Of a stretch of DNA of 52,021 nt, positions 17,391 through 26,213 are shown in pieces. The DNA lies in NCBI GenBank assembly GCA_036555645.1, contig DATBLA010000162.1, forward strand, positions 1 to 52,021, given 5' to 3'. The notes under the pieces are model-generated. The model was given only the letters and a program-made list of their open reading frames with translations, ran no database searches and was not told where the DNA came from. How positions within the stretch are numbered: position 1 is the stretch's first letter; each line of letters begins with the position of its first letter. The translations under genes were made by a program, and so were the position numbers. This DNA comes from Actinomycetota bacterium. GTDB lineage: Bacteria > Actinomycetota > UBA4738 > HRBIN12.

Positions 17391-17825
17391 TCAGTGACCG
17401 GCAGGTTTCTCCCAGCCCTCGAGCGTGGGCGGGGTCCACGAGGTCCCGACGGTCTCGGACCCGTCGACCCACGACCCGAGCAGGGGCTGGGCGAACTTCG
17501 CGTGTCGTCGTTTCAGCTGGATGCCGTACGAGTTCCCGCTCGTCAGGTGCTTCATGAGCACCTTGCGCGCGACCTCGTCCTCCGACCCCTCGGGGATCGG
17601 GAAGTAGATCTTCAGGAACGAGCTGGAGTACCGGTCGAAGACGGCCGGCACGCCGTCCTCCTCGAGCAGGTGGACGTCCTCGAGCCAGTTCAGGTCCTCG
17701 CCCGGCGTGAGCGCCTCCAGGTCGATGTCGTCGAGCAGCGACGCGTCCTCCTGGTACGGGAACCGATGGCCGGCGAGCTCCTCGGCGTCGAGCGTGCCCT
17801 TCGTCGTCAGGTGCGATTCGGTCAT
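17391..17825 (-). CDS. Hypothetical acidic protein (144 aa), unknown function
   Basis: ATG 17825 lies 8 nt after the mgsC TAG, and that stop overlaps an AGGAG RBS. The composition is non-repetitive and protein-like. No motif was recognised. Confidence 0.6.
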   Translation of the reverse strand: MTESHLTTKGTLDAEELAGHRFPYQEDASLLDDIDLEALTPGEDLNWLEDVHLLEEDGVPAVFDRYSSSFLKIYFPIPEGSEDEVARKVLMKHLTSGNSYGIQLKRRHAKFAQPLLGSWVDGSETVGTSWTPPTLEGWEKPAGH

Positions 17826-17833
17826 CTCGGCTC

Positions 17834-19243
17834 CTACGACGGGTACTGTCCGGTGTCGGCCAGGTACTTCTGCATCATCGCCCGGATCTCCTCGAGCGTC
17901 GTCTGCTCGCTCACGCCGGGGATGTAGTCGGTGCCGGCGAGGGGGACCTTGGCCATCGCCGCCGCTTCGACGGTGAGCGCGCACAGGTCCTCGGGCTCGA
18001 GCGAGTGGACGTCGGTCTTCCCGCAGGCGCGGGCGAGCATCTGGAGCTCCATCGTCATCGCGGTGAGCAGGTTGTAGACGCGCTCGGCCCCCTCGTCGAC
18101 GACGAGGCGCTTGCGGAGCTCCGGGTCCTGGGTCGTGATGCCGACCGGGCACCGCCCCGTGTGGCAGTGGTAGCACTGGCCGGCGGGCACGCCCACGGTT
18201 CCCTCGTAGTCCGTGACGCCGGGGATCTCCTTGTTGCAGTTCAGCGCCATGAGCGCCGTCGTGCCGATGGCCACGGCGGTCGCGCCGAGCGCGAGGCACT
18301 TCGCCACGTCCGCGCCGTTGCGGATCCCGCCGGCCACCACGAGGTCGACCTCGTCGGCCAGGCCGACGTCCTCGAGCGCGCGGCGCGCCTCGGGGATCGC
18401 CGCCATGAGCGGGATGCCCGTCTCCTCGGTCGCGATGTGCGGTCCCGCGCCGGTCGAGCCCTCGGCGCCGTCGAGATAGATGATGTCCGGCCCGCACTTG
18501 GCGGCCATCCGGACGTCGTCGTAGACGCGGGCGGCGCCGAGCTTGAGCTGGATCGGGATCCGGTAGTCGGTGGCCTCGCGCACCTCCTGGACCTTGAGCG
18601 AGAGGTCGTCGGGGCCCAGCCAGTCCGGGTGGCGGGCCGGCGAGCGCTGGTCGATCCCTGGCGGCAGCGAGCGCATCTCGGCGACCTGCTCGGTCACCTT
18701 CTGACCCATGAGATGCCCGCCGAGCCCCACCTTGCATCCCTGGCCGATGAAGAACTCGCACGCGTCGGCGAGCATGAGGTGGTGGGGGTTGAAGCCGTAG
18801 CGGCTCTGGATGTTCTGGTAGTACCACTTGATCGACAGGTCGCGTTCGGGCGGGATCATGCCGCCTTCGCCCGAGCAGGTGGCGCTCCCGGCCATCGAGG
18901 ACCCCTTCGCGAGCGCCATCTTCGCCTCGAGCGACAGGGCCCCGAAGCTCATCCCCGTGATGTAGATCGGGATGTCGAGCTCGATCGGGTACTTCGCGAA
19001 CCGCGCGCCGAGCACGGTCTTCGTCTCGCACTTCTCCCGATAGCCCTCGATGACGAAGCGCGTGAGCGTCCCGGGAAGGAACATGAGCTGATCCCAGTGA
19101 GGGATCGGCTTGAACATCGAGAACCCGCGCATCCGGTAGCGGCCGAGCTCCGACTTCACGTGGATGTCGTTGATGACCTCGGGCGTGAAGATCGGGCTGC
19201 GCCCGAGAATGTTCTCCTTGGAGGACACGTCTTCGGCTGCCAC
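17834..19243 (-). CDS. mgsC: FMN-binding glutamate-synthase-family protein (GltB domain 2-like), N-methylglutamate synthase subunit C type
   Basis: 469 aa with ITGMSFGALS, LDGAEGSTGAGP, VAGGIRNGADVAKCLALGA and a CYHCHTGRCPVGITTQDP Fe-S-like motif. GGGAGGA RBS upstream. Confidence 0.85.
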   Translation of the reverse strand: MAAEDVSSKENILGRSPIFTPEVINDIHVKSELGRYRMRGFSMFKPIPHWDQLMFLPGTLTRFVIEGYREKCETKTVLGARFAKYPIELDIPIYITGMSFGALSLEAKMALAKGSSMAGSATCSGEGGMIPPERDLSIKWYYQNIQSRYGFNPHHLMLADACEFFIGQGCKVGLGGHLMGQKVTEQVAEMRSLPPGIDQRSPARHPDWLGPDDLSLKVQEVREATDYRIPIQLKLGAARVYDDVRMAAKCGPDIIYLDGAEGSTGAGPHIATEETGIPLMAAIPEARRALEDVGLADEVDLVVAGGIRNGADVAKCLALGATAVAIGTTALMALNCNKEIPGVTDYEGTVGVPAGQCYHCHTGRCPVGITTQDPELRKRLVVDEGAERVYNLLTAMTMELQMLARACGKTDVHSLEPEDLCALTVEAAAMAKVPLAGTDYIPGVSEQTTLEEIRAMMQKYLADTGQYPS

Positions 19244-19262
19244 GTTCGGATCCTCCCGCTGG

Positions 19263-20057
19263 TCAGTGGATGACGAGCTTGCGCTCCGAGGGTTCGAGGT
19301 TGTCGTAGTTGTAGAGCACCTTGCCGCACACGAACTTCTGGAACTCGGGCGGGGTCCCGAGACCGTAGATCCGGAACTTGCGCTCGATGAGCTCGGTGTC
19401 GGCGTCGGTCCACTCGCCCGGCACGCAGTCGATGCCGAGCGACGCGACGGTGCCGGCGACGAAGATCTCCCCGTCGTACATGGAGTCGCCCAACCCGGGC
19501 CCGACGTCGCCGCAGATGATCTGGCGGCCGCGCTGCATCATGAAGGCGGTCATCGATCCCGCGTCGCCCCCGACGATGATCGTCCCGCCCTTCTGGTCGA
19601 TCCCCGTCCGGGCCCCCACCGAGCCGTGGACCACGAGGTCGCCCCCGCGGATCGCGGCGCCGGTCAGCGACCCGGCGTTCTTCTTGATCTCGACGACGCC
19701 CGACATCATGTTCTCGCAGACCGACCACCCGACCCGGCCCTCCACGACGATCTCGGGTCCGTCGATGAGCCCGAGGCCGAAGTAGCCGAGGCTCCCCTCG
19801 AATCGGATCCGGCACCGCTGGAGGATGCCGACCCCGATCGAGTGCTTGGCGCCGGGATTTCGCACGGTCACGTCGCGGATCCCCTGCTCGTAGATCAGGT
19901 TGCGGAGCTCGAGGTTGATCTGGCGCGTCGTGAGCTTCGCGGCGTCGAAGACCGCCCGGTCGCCGTCGATCTCGGAGACGGCCGGGACCTCGGCGTCCGG
20001 CTCGGCGAGGCCGCGCGCGTCGTACGTGATCCGCCGCTCGCCGCCTACCGGCTCCAT
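19263..20057 (-). CDS. mgsB: GXGXG-motif glutamate synthase domain-3-like protein, N-methylglutamate synthase subunit B type
   Basis: 264 aa from ATG 20057 (13-nt overlap with mgsA). Shows the repetitive beta-helix pattern GSLGYFGLGLIDG / GVVEIKKNAGSLTGAAIRGG / GTIIVGGDAGSMTAF. Confidence 0.85.
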   Translation of the reverse strand: MEPVGGERRITYDARGLAEPDAEVPAVSEIDGDRAVFDAAKLTTRQINLELRNLIYEQGIRDVTVRNPGAKHSIGVGILQRCRIRFEGSLGYFGLGLIDGPEIVVEGRVGWSVCENMMSGVVEIKKNAGSLTGAAIRGGDLVVHGSVGARTGIDQKGGTIIVGGDAGSMTAFMMQRGRQIICGDVGPGLGDSMYDGEIFVAGTVASLGIDCVPGEWTDADTELIERKFRIYGLGTPPEFQKFVCGKVLYNYDNLEPSERKLVIH

Positions 20058-20974
20058 ACGAGCACCTGCCTCTCGTAGGGGTCGTAGGTGTCGATCTCGC
20101 GGTCCAGCACGGCGCGGATCGCGATCTCCTCCGACGCCATCGCGACGAGCTCGTCGGACTCGTAGAGCACGAGCGGCTTCGCCGCCATCTCGTCCTTGGC
20201 CACCCCGAGGCTGTCCTGCGTCACGGCCATGTACGTGAAGACCCCGTCGAGGTCGTCCAGGCTCTGGTCCATCGCCTCCTTCAGCGAGGAGCCCTCGGCC
20301 ATCTTCTCGGCCAGGTACACGGCGATGATCTCCGAGTCGCACTCGGACTGGAAGCGGTGCCCGCTGAACTCCAGACGCCGCTTCCACTGGAAGTAGTTCG
20401 TGAGCTGGCCGTTGTGCACGACCGCGACGTCGGAGAACGGGTAGGCCCAGTACGGGTGCGCACCCGAGATGTCGACGTCGGACTCCGTCGCCATCCGCAC
20501 GTGCCCGATCGCGTGCGTGCCCTCGAAGCCGGCGAGGCCGTACAGGTTCGAGACCTCCATCGCGTCCCCGAGGTCCTTCACGATCTCGAGCGAGTGCCCG
20601 AGCGAGAGGACCTCGCACCCGGGCACGTCCTCGAGGTAGTCGGCGAGCGCCTTCAGGTCGCCGTCGTAGCGGACCTGCGCCCGGTAGGCGTACTCGGTCT
20701 CGCTCTCGACGCGGTCGATCGAGGCACCGATCTTCGACAGGCGCGTCTCGACCTCGAGGCGATGCCGCTCGAGCCGCTCCTTGAAGTCGAAGTCACGCGG
20801 GTCGTTCGCGTCGGCGAGCTTGAACCGGATGACGACGAGGTCGCTCGCGGGACCGAACAACGCGTAGCCGCTCGAGTCCGGCCCCCGATGCTTCATCGAC
20901 TGGAGCATCGAGGTCATCTCCGAGCCGACGTCGGCGGATCCGTCCCGGTGGATGATCCCTGCGATACCGCACAT
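20045..20974 (-). CDS. mgsA: Class-II (Ntn) glutamine amidotransferase, N-methylglutamate synthase subunit A type
   Basis: Starts MCGIAGI (N-terminal nucleophile Cys). Contains GHVRMATES and HNGQLTNY. GAGAGGAG RBS upstream. Confidence 0.85.
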   Translation of the reverse strand: MCGIAGIIHRDGSADVGSEMTSMLQSMKHRGPDSSGYALFGPASDLVVIRFKLADANDPRDFDFKERLERHRLEVETRLSKIGASIDRVESETEYAYRAQVRYDGDLKALADYLEDVPGCEVLSLGHSLEIVKDLGDAMEVSNLYGLAGFEGTHAIGHVRMATESDVDISGAHPYWAYPFSDVAVVHNGQLTNYFQWKRRLEFSGHRFQSECDSEIIAVYLAEKMAEGSSLKEAMDQSLDDLDGVFTYMAVTQDSLGVAKDEMAAKPLVLYESDELVAMASEEIAIRAVLDREIDTYDPYERQVLVWSR

Positions 20975-20998
20975 GCGGGCTCGACTCCTCTCGCCGAA

Positions 20999-22396
20999 CT
21001 ATGGCAGGACGTCGAGGTAGGTCTCGATGTCCCAGTCGCTCACCGTTGCCCGGAAGCGGTCCCACTCGTCCCGCTTGTAGTGCATGAAGACCGTGTACAT
21101 CTCCCCGGGGAGCGCCTCCTTGACGACCGGGTCGGCCTCGAGCGCGTCGAGCGCGGCGCCGAGGTCGTGGGGCACCTTCTTCACGTCCTTGCCCCCGGCG
21201 ATCGCCTCGTAGATGTTCCGCTCCTCCGGCTCGCCCGGATCCAGGCTGCGGTCGATGCCGTCCTTCATCGCCATGAGCAGCGCGGCGAAGGACAGGTACG
21301 GGTTCACCGCCGAGTCGACCGAGCGGTACTCGAACCGGCCGGGCGCCGAGATCCGCAGCGCGGTCGTCCGGTTCTGGAAGCCCCAGTCGGCGAAGACCGG
21401 CGCCCAGAACCCCGCGTCCCAGAACCGACGGTACGAGTTCACCGTCGGCGCGGTGATCGCGGTGAGCGCGGAGAGGTGCTCGAGCACCCCGCCGATCGAG
21501 TGCAGCCCGATCTTGCCGGGCACCCGTGGGTTGTCGCCCTCGGGCATGAACATGTTCTCCTCGCCCTGCCACAGCGAGATGTTGTGGTGGCAGCCGTTCG
21601 CCGACACGCCCATGAACGGCTTGGGCATGAAGCACGCGAACGCCCCGAGCTCCCGCCCCACCTGGCGACAGATCTGCCGGTACGTGGTCAGCCGGTCGGC
21701 CGTCGCCTCCGCCCGGTCGAACATGAAGTTCAGCTCGAGCTGTCCCGGCGCGTCCTCGTGATCGCCCTGGATCATGTCCAGGCCCATCGCGCGTCCGTAC
21801 TCCATGACCTTGTGGATCAGCGGCTGGAGCTCGGAGAACTGGTCGATGTGGTAGCAGTACGGCTTCGTCTTCCCCTCGACCGTCGGCTTGCCGTCGGCGT
21901 CGACCTTCAGCCACATCATCTCGGGCTCGCAGCCCGCACGCAGGTGCAGGCCGGTCTCCTGCTCGAACTCGGTATGGAGCCGCTTCAGGTTCCCGCGGCA
22001 GTCCGACGTGAGGAAGGCGCCGCCGTCCACCTCCTCCTCCCGGCCGCGGAACAGCGTGCAGAACACGCGCGCGGTCTTCGTGTCCCACGGGAGCACGCAG
22101 AAGGTGTCGGGCTCGGGAAGGCCCACGAGCTCTCGGGCCTCGGGCCCGTAGCCGATGTAGTTGCCCTCACGGTCGATGAACAGGTTCGCGGTCGAGCCGT
22201 AGACGAGCTGGAACCCTTTGTTCGCGATGTTCTCCCAGTGCGCGGCCGGGATCCCCTTGCCCATGATCCGGCCCGTCACGGAGACGAACTGGTAGTACAT
22301 GTACTCGACGCCGGCGGCGTCGATCTGCTTGCGAACCTCCTTGATCGCCTGCTGGCGGCCATCCTGATCGACGAACGCTTCGATATCGGTCGTCAC
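20999..22396 (-). CDS. gmaS: Type III glutamine-synthetase-like gamma-glutamyl-amide ligase (gamma-glutamylmethylamide synthetase type)
   Basis: GTG 22396 is preceded by GGGGAGG. 465 aa with GCEPEMMWL, HEDAPGQLELNF, NGCHHNISLW, NSYRRF and RFEYRSVDSAVNPYL (GS catalytic-domain motifs). Confidence 0.85.
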   Translation of the reverse strand: MTTDIEAFVDQDGRQQAIKEVRKQIDAAGVEYMYYQFVSVTGRIMGKGIPAAHWENIANKGFQLVYGSTANLFIDREGNYIGYGPEARELVGLPEPDTFCVLPWDTKTARVFCTLFRGREEEVDGGAFLTSDCRGNLKRLHTEFEQETGLHLRAGCEPEMMWLKVDADGKPTVEGKTKPYCYHIDQFSELQPLIHKVMEYGRAMGLDMIQGDHEDAPGQLELNFMFDRAEATADRLTTYRQICRQVGRELGAFACFMPKPFMGVSANGCHHNISLWQGEENMFMPEGDNPRVPGKIGLHSIGGVLEHLSALTAITAPTVNSYRRFWDAGFWAPVFADWGFQNRTTALRISAPGRFEYRSVDSAVNPYLSFAALLMAMKDGIDRSLDPGEPEERNIYEAIAGGKDVKKVPHDLGAALDALEADPVVKEALPGEMYTVFMHYKRDEWDRFRATVSDWDIETYLDVLP

Positions 22397-22560
22397 CAAC
22401 GCCTCCCCTCGCGTGGGCAGTCCGGCGGAACGGCATCTTAGGTCATCGAGCCTTCCGCGTGCATGCGCGCGCCGGCCCGCGGCGGCACGCACCCCCGAGG
22501 CTCGCGCGGGCAGCGCGGGGTATCCTCGCGCGGACCCCGAGCGAGGAGAGACCGCCCACG

Positions 22561-24231
22561 ATGAAGAGCGGGCTGGAGATCGCGCAGGAGGCGGAGCTCC
22601 GTCCGATCACGGACGTCGCCGAGGCCGCGGGGATCGCGGCCGACGAGCTCGAGCCGTTCGGTCGCTACCGGGCCAAGGTCGACCTGTCGATCCTCGACCG
22701 CCTCGCCGGTCGCCCCGACGGCAAGCTCGTCATCACGACGGCGATCACGCCGACGAAGGCCGGCGAGGGCAAGACGACGACGTCGATCTCGCTCACCCAG
22801 GGCCTCGGCAGGATCGGCAAGGACGTCCTGCTGTGTCTGCGCGAACCGTCGATGGGACCGGTGTTCGGCATCAAGGGCGGCGGCACCGGCGGCGGGTACG
22901 CGCAGGTCGTCCCGATGGAGGACATCAACCTGCACTTCAACGGGGACTTCCATGCCGTGCAGGCCGCGCACAACCTGCTGGCGTCGGCGCTCGATGCCTC
23001 GCTCTACCACGGCAACACGCTGGGGATCGACCCCCAATCGATCACGTGGCCCCGAACCCTCGACGTGAACGCCCGCGAGCTGCGCTACACGGTCATCGGG
23101 CTCGGCGGCAGCGTCCACGGCGTCCCGCGCGAGAACCAGTTCGTCATCGTCGCGGCCTCGGAGATCATGGCGATCCTCGCGCTCGCCGCCGACTTGGCGG
23201 ACCTGCGCGCCCGGCTCGGCCGGATCGTCGTCGGGTCGACCCGCGACGGCGAGCCCGTCACCGCCGAGCAGCTTCGGGTGGCCGGCGCGATGACCGTGAT
23301 CATGAAGGACGCGCTCAAGCCGAACCTCGTCCAGACGCTCGAAGGGCAGCCCGTCCTCATCCACGCCGGCCCGTTCGGCAACATCGCGCACGCGAACAAC
23401 TCGATCATCGAGGATCGGATCGCGCTCAAGCTCGCCGACTACGTCGTCACCGAGGCGGGGTTCGCGAGCGACCTCGGATTCCAGAAGTTCTGCGACATCG
23501 TGTGCCGGTTCGGGGGGTTCGCGCCCTCCGCGGGCGTCCTCGTCACGACCGTGCGGGCGACGAAGTCCCACGGCGGCGTGGCCTTCGACGCCCTCGCGAC
23601 CGAGGACCTCGATGCGGTTCGACGCGGCGTCGACAACCTCGCCCAGCACATCGCGATCGTCCGCGAGTACGGCCTGCCGTGCGTCGTGTCCGTCAACAAC
23701 TTCCCGAGCGACACGGAGGCGGAGGTCGAGCTCATGCGCGAGCTCGCGGTCGGGGCGGGTGCTGGAACGGTCGTCGTCAACCGCGCCTTCGCCCGGGGAG
23801 GCGAGGGGGCGGTGGAGCTCGCGGAGGCGGTGGTCGCGGCGTGCGAGGAGCCGAGCGCGTTCCACCAGCTCACCCACGAGGGAACGCCGATCGCCGAGCA
23901 GATCGAGGCGATCGCCACCCGCGTCTACGGCGCCGACGGCGTCGACTTCCAGGCGCAGGCCACCAAGGACATCGCGCGGATGGAGCAGTTGGGCTTCGGG
24001 ACGTTCCCCGTGTGCATGGCGAAGACGCACCTGTCGCTCACGCACGACCCGTCGCTCGTGAACCGGCCGACCGGTTGGCGGCTCCCCGTGCGGGGCGTGG
24101 TCCCGAGCGCGGGGGCGGGCTTCGTCGTCGTGCTCTGCGGCGACATGCAGCGGATGCCCGGCCTCGGACGCACGCCCGCGTACATGAAGGTCGACATCGA
24201 CGAGGACGGCCGGACCGTCGGCCTGTTCTGA
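22561..24231 (+). CDS. fhs: Formate--tetrahydrofolate ligase
   Basis: ATG 22561. Contains TPTKAGEGKTTTSISL P-loop, EPSMGPVFGIKGGGTGGGY and PVCMAKTHLSLTHDP. Confidence 0.95.
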   Translation: MKSGLEIAQEAELRPITDVAEAAGIAADELEPFGRYRAKVDLSILDRLAGRPDGKLVITTAITPTKAGEGKTTTSISLTQGLGRIGKDVLLCLREPSMGPVFGIKGGGTGGGYAQVVPMEDINLHFNGDFHAVQAAHNLLASALDASLYHGNTLGIDPQSITWPRTLDVNARELRYTVIGLGGSVHGVPRENQFVIVAASEIMAILALAADLADLRARLGRIVVGSTRDGEPVTAEQLRVAGAMTVIMKDALKPNLVQTLEGQPVLIHAGPFGNIAHANNSIIEDRIALKLADYVVTEAGFASDLGFQKFCDIVCRFGGFAPSAGVLVTTVRATKSHGGVAFDALATEDLDAVRRGVDNLAQHIAIVREYGLPCVVSVNNFPSDTEAEVELMRELAVGAGAGTVVVNRAFARGGEGAVELAEAVVAACEEPSAFHQLTHEGTPIAEQIEAIATRVYGADGVDFQAQATKDIARMEQLGFGTFPVCMAKTHLSLTHDPSLVNRPTGWRLPVRGVVPSAGAGFVVVLCGDMQRMPGLGRTPAYMKVDIDEDGRTVGLF

Positions 24232-24238
24232 CGCCCGG

Positions 24239-24634
24239 TCAGGTCGCGACGACCGCGACGGCCTCGATCTCGACGAGCTGGCCCCGGTACCCGAGGATCG
24301 GCACGCCGAGCAGCGTGCTCGGGCACCGGCCGATGGGAGAGGTGCGCACGACCTCCCACACGCGGTTCTGCCGGTCGTGGTCGCCCCCGGCCACGTAGAC
24401 CGTCGTCTTCACGACGTCCTCGGGCCCGGCCCCGCCCGCTCGAAGGGCCACGACGAGGTTGTCGATGACGACGGCGGTCTGGGAGACGGGGTCGTCCGGG
24501 CCGACGAGGGTCCCGTCGGCATCGAGCGGCACGGCGCCGGCCGTGAACACGAGGGTGGCGCCGGAGGCCACGGCGACGTGTGCGTATCCCGGGGGTTCGG
24601 CGAGCGAGTCGACCGTGTGGAGGCGGACCGGCAC
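24239..24634 (-). CDS. ridA: RidA/YjgF-family enamine/imine deaminase
   Basis: 131 aa with GYAHVAVASGATLVFTAG...KTTVYV...VEIEAVAVV. Confidence 0.8.
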   Translation of the reverse strand: MPVRLHTVDSLAEPPGYAHVAVASGATLVFTAGAVPLDADGTLVGPDDPVSQTAVVIDNLVVALRAGGAGPEDVVKTTVYVAGGDHDRQNRVWEVVRTSPIGRCPSTLLGVPILGYRGQLVEIEAVAVVAT

Positions 24635-24637
24635 CGA

Positions 24638-24826
24638 TCAGCCCGCGACGCGGGCCGGCCCGTCCACCATGACCCATTCGGCGCGCGTGATCGCCTCGTC
24701 GAGGTCGAAGTCGTAGATCCCGGGGCCGGCGGCCGCCTCCCACGTCGCCCCGCATTCGGGGCACACCCAGACGACGACGGACTTCGGCGCGGTCCCTCGC
24801 GGCGGGGCACAGGTGTGGAGCGGCAT
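24638..24826 (-). CDS. Small hypothetical protein (62 aa) with a CPEC motif, directly upstream of ridA
   Basis: ATG 24826 is preceded by GAGGAGG. Its stop lies 3 nt before the ridA start. The rest of the 305-aa ORF upstream is antisense to the next gene. Confidence 0.5.
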   Translation of the reverse strand: MPLHTCAPPRGTAPKSVVVWVCPECGATWEAAAGPGIYDFDLDEAITRAEWVMVDGPARVAG

Positions 24827-24851
24827 CTCGGCCTCCTCGAGTGGTAGACGC

Positions 24852-24877
24852 CTCGAATCACATGCGTGTGATTCGAG
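24852..24877. promoter_or_regulatory. Perfect 11-bp inverted repeat (operator candidate) in a divergent intergenic region
   Basis: CTCGAATCACA-TGCG-TGTGATTCGAG lies between the minus-strand start at 24826 and the plus-strand start at 24933. Confidence 0.5.
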
Positions 24878-24932
24878 CGCGAGTCTAGCCTGCCGATCCG
24901 GCGGGTCAACGAGGCCACATACACTCGACGAC

Positions 24933-26213
24933 ATGTCCACGTGGCCCGATGTCACGGAGGGTCGGGGCCCCCGACCCGCGCCGCAAGCGATTGAGCCGGA
25001 TGAGGGACTCACCCTGGAACGGCCGTACGAGGTCGTCGCGTGGGGAACCGTCGACGGCGTGCCGTGGCAGATCGACGCGTACGTGCTCGCTCCGGCCCCC
25101 GACGGGAAGTGGTGGGAGCACGGACCGGTCGGGCCGGGCTTCCAGTTCATGCTCGGCGAGCAGGGCGGGTTCGGGGGCGGAGATGTCGGGACCTTCCTCA
25201 ACGAGGGCACGCACCTGTCGGCCTCGACGCACGTCTTCGGCTCACAGCCCTCGATCGTCGCGTGGACGGGCGTCACGTCCGAGCGAGTCGTCGCCATCGA
25301 GGTTCGACTCGGAGATGGCGAGGTTCGGCGGGTGGAGCCGATCCGACTCCTCGATGGATTCCCACCGGTGTTCTGGTTCTTCCCGCCCAGGGGCGCCCCG
25401 GGTGACGTGGTCGCGCTCGCTGCGGACGGCGCGGTGCTCCAGACCGACCACCTCGTCGACTCCGACGTGCCGCCCAACGCGAACTCCGGCTCGGCGGTGA
25501 ACCCGTTCGGATATCGAGACGACCGTCCCCCACCCGGCTGGCCGCCGGACGACACGGTCTACGGACCGGGAGAGGGTCCTCGTCATGCGGAGGACTTCCA
25601 TCTGCACGAGGTGACCTTCCCGATCTACGCCCTCATGCCCGACCGGTGGGACGGATATGCCTGCCTGTCCGGAAGCAGCACATCCATGCGCGGCGTCGAC
25701 GAGGTTCGGATCGGGTACTTCGAGGAGCCTGCCGGTGGCCGGCGGGGGCTCGAGGTCGTCAGCGGACGTCCCGATCGCCACGGGAGGCGAACACGACATG
25801 ACCAGGACGTTGGCGTCTGGTGGGCCGAGCCCTACTCCGATCCCGACGTGCTCAACTTCGCCCCACGATTCCTCTCAACCGATGAACTGCGGGCGAGTTT
25901 CGGGGAGTTCGGCCTTCCCGACTTCGGAGTGACGCGCGTGGCCGCGCTCACCGAGCTCGAGGTCGACGGTCACCGCGTCGAGGCGCGTCGGCGGGAGTTC
26001 GCCCGGCACCCCGCACTGCGCTGCGTCGATTTCGTGCTTCCGGGCGTGCGAGTGGTCGTCCAGGGGTGGGGGCTCTCCTTCGACGAGCTCGAGGAACATG
26101 CGCGAGCGCTGGAGCCGCTCGAGCTCGGGACCGACCTGCTCCAGGCGTTGAAGGACGCGCAGGACCGCAGCGATCGACGCGCTTCCGAGCTGTACCGCCA
26201 CGACGAACCCTAG
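24933..26213 (+). CDS. Hypothetical protein (426 aa), no recognisable domain
   Basis: Long ORF with ordinary amino-acid composition (W/F/Y-rich, not Arg/Pro noise). ATG 24933. Its stop overlaps the convergent GcvT-like gene stop (CTAG). Confidence 0.55.
   Translation: MSTWPDVTEGRGPRPAPQAIEPDEGLTLERPYEVVAWGTVDGVPWQIDAYVLAPAPDGKWWEHGPVGPGFQFMLGEQGGFGGGDVGTFLNEGTHLSASTHVFGSQPSIVAWTGVTSERVVAIEVRLGDGEVRRVEPIRLLDGFPPVFWFFPPRGAPGDVVALAADGAVLQTDHLVDSDVPPNANSGSAVNPFGYRDDRPPPGWPPDDTVYGPGEGPRHAEDFHLHEVTFPIYALMPDRWDGYACLSGSSTSMRGVDEVRIGYFEEPAGGRRGLEVVSGRPDRHGRRTRHDQDVGVWWAEPYSDPDVLNFAPRFLSTDELRASFGEFGLPDFGVTRVAALTELEVDGHRVEARRREFARHPALRCVDFVLPGVRVVVQGWGLSFDELEEHARALEPLELGTDLLQALKDAQDRSDRRASELYRHDEP

Noticed and set aside
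22397-22560. Possible ZTP (pfl), THF or glutamine riboswitch in the 164-bp gmaS/fhs divergent leader, since fhs is a frequent ZTP-riboswitch target.
   Set aside because: I could not find the conserved ZTP 3' element (CCGCCUGGGC-like) or the THF motifs on either strand. Only short GC inverted repeats are present (GCGTGC...GCACGC, CCTCGC...GCGAGG). A covariance-model scan (Infernal/Rfam) would be decisive.
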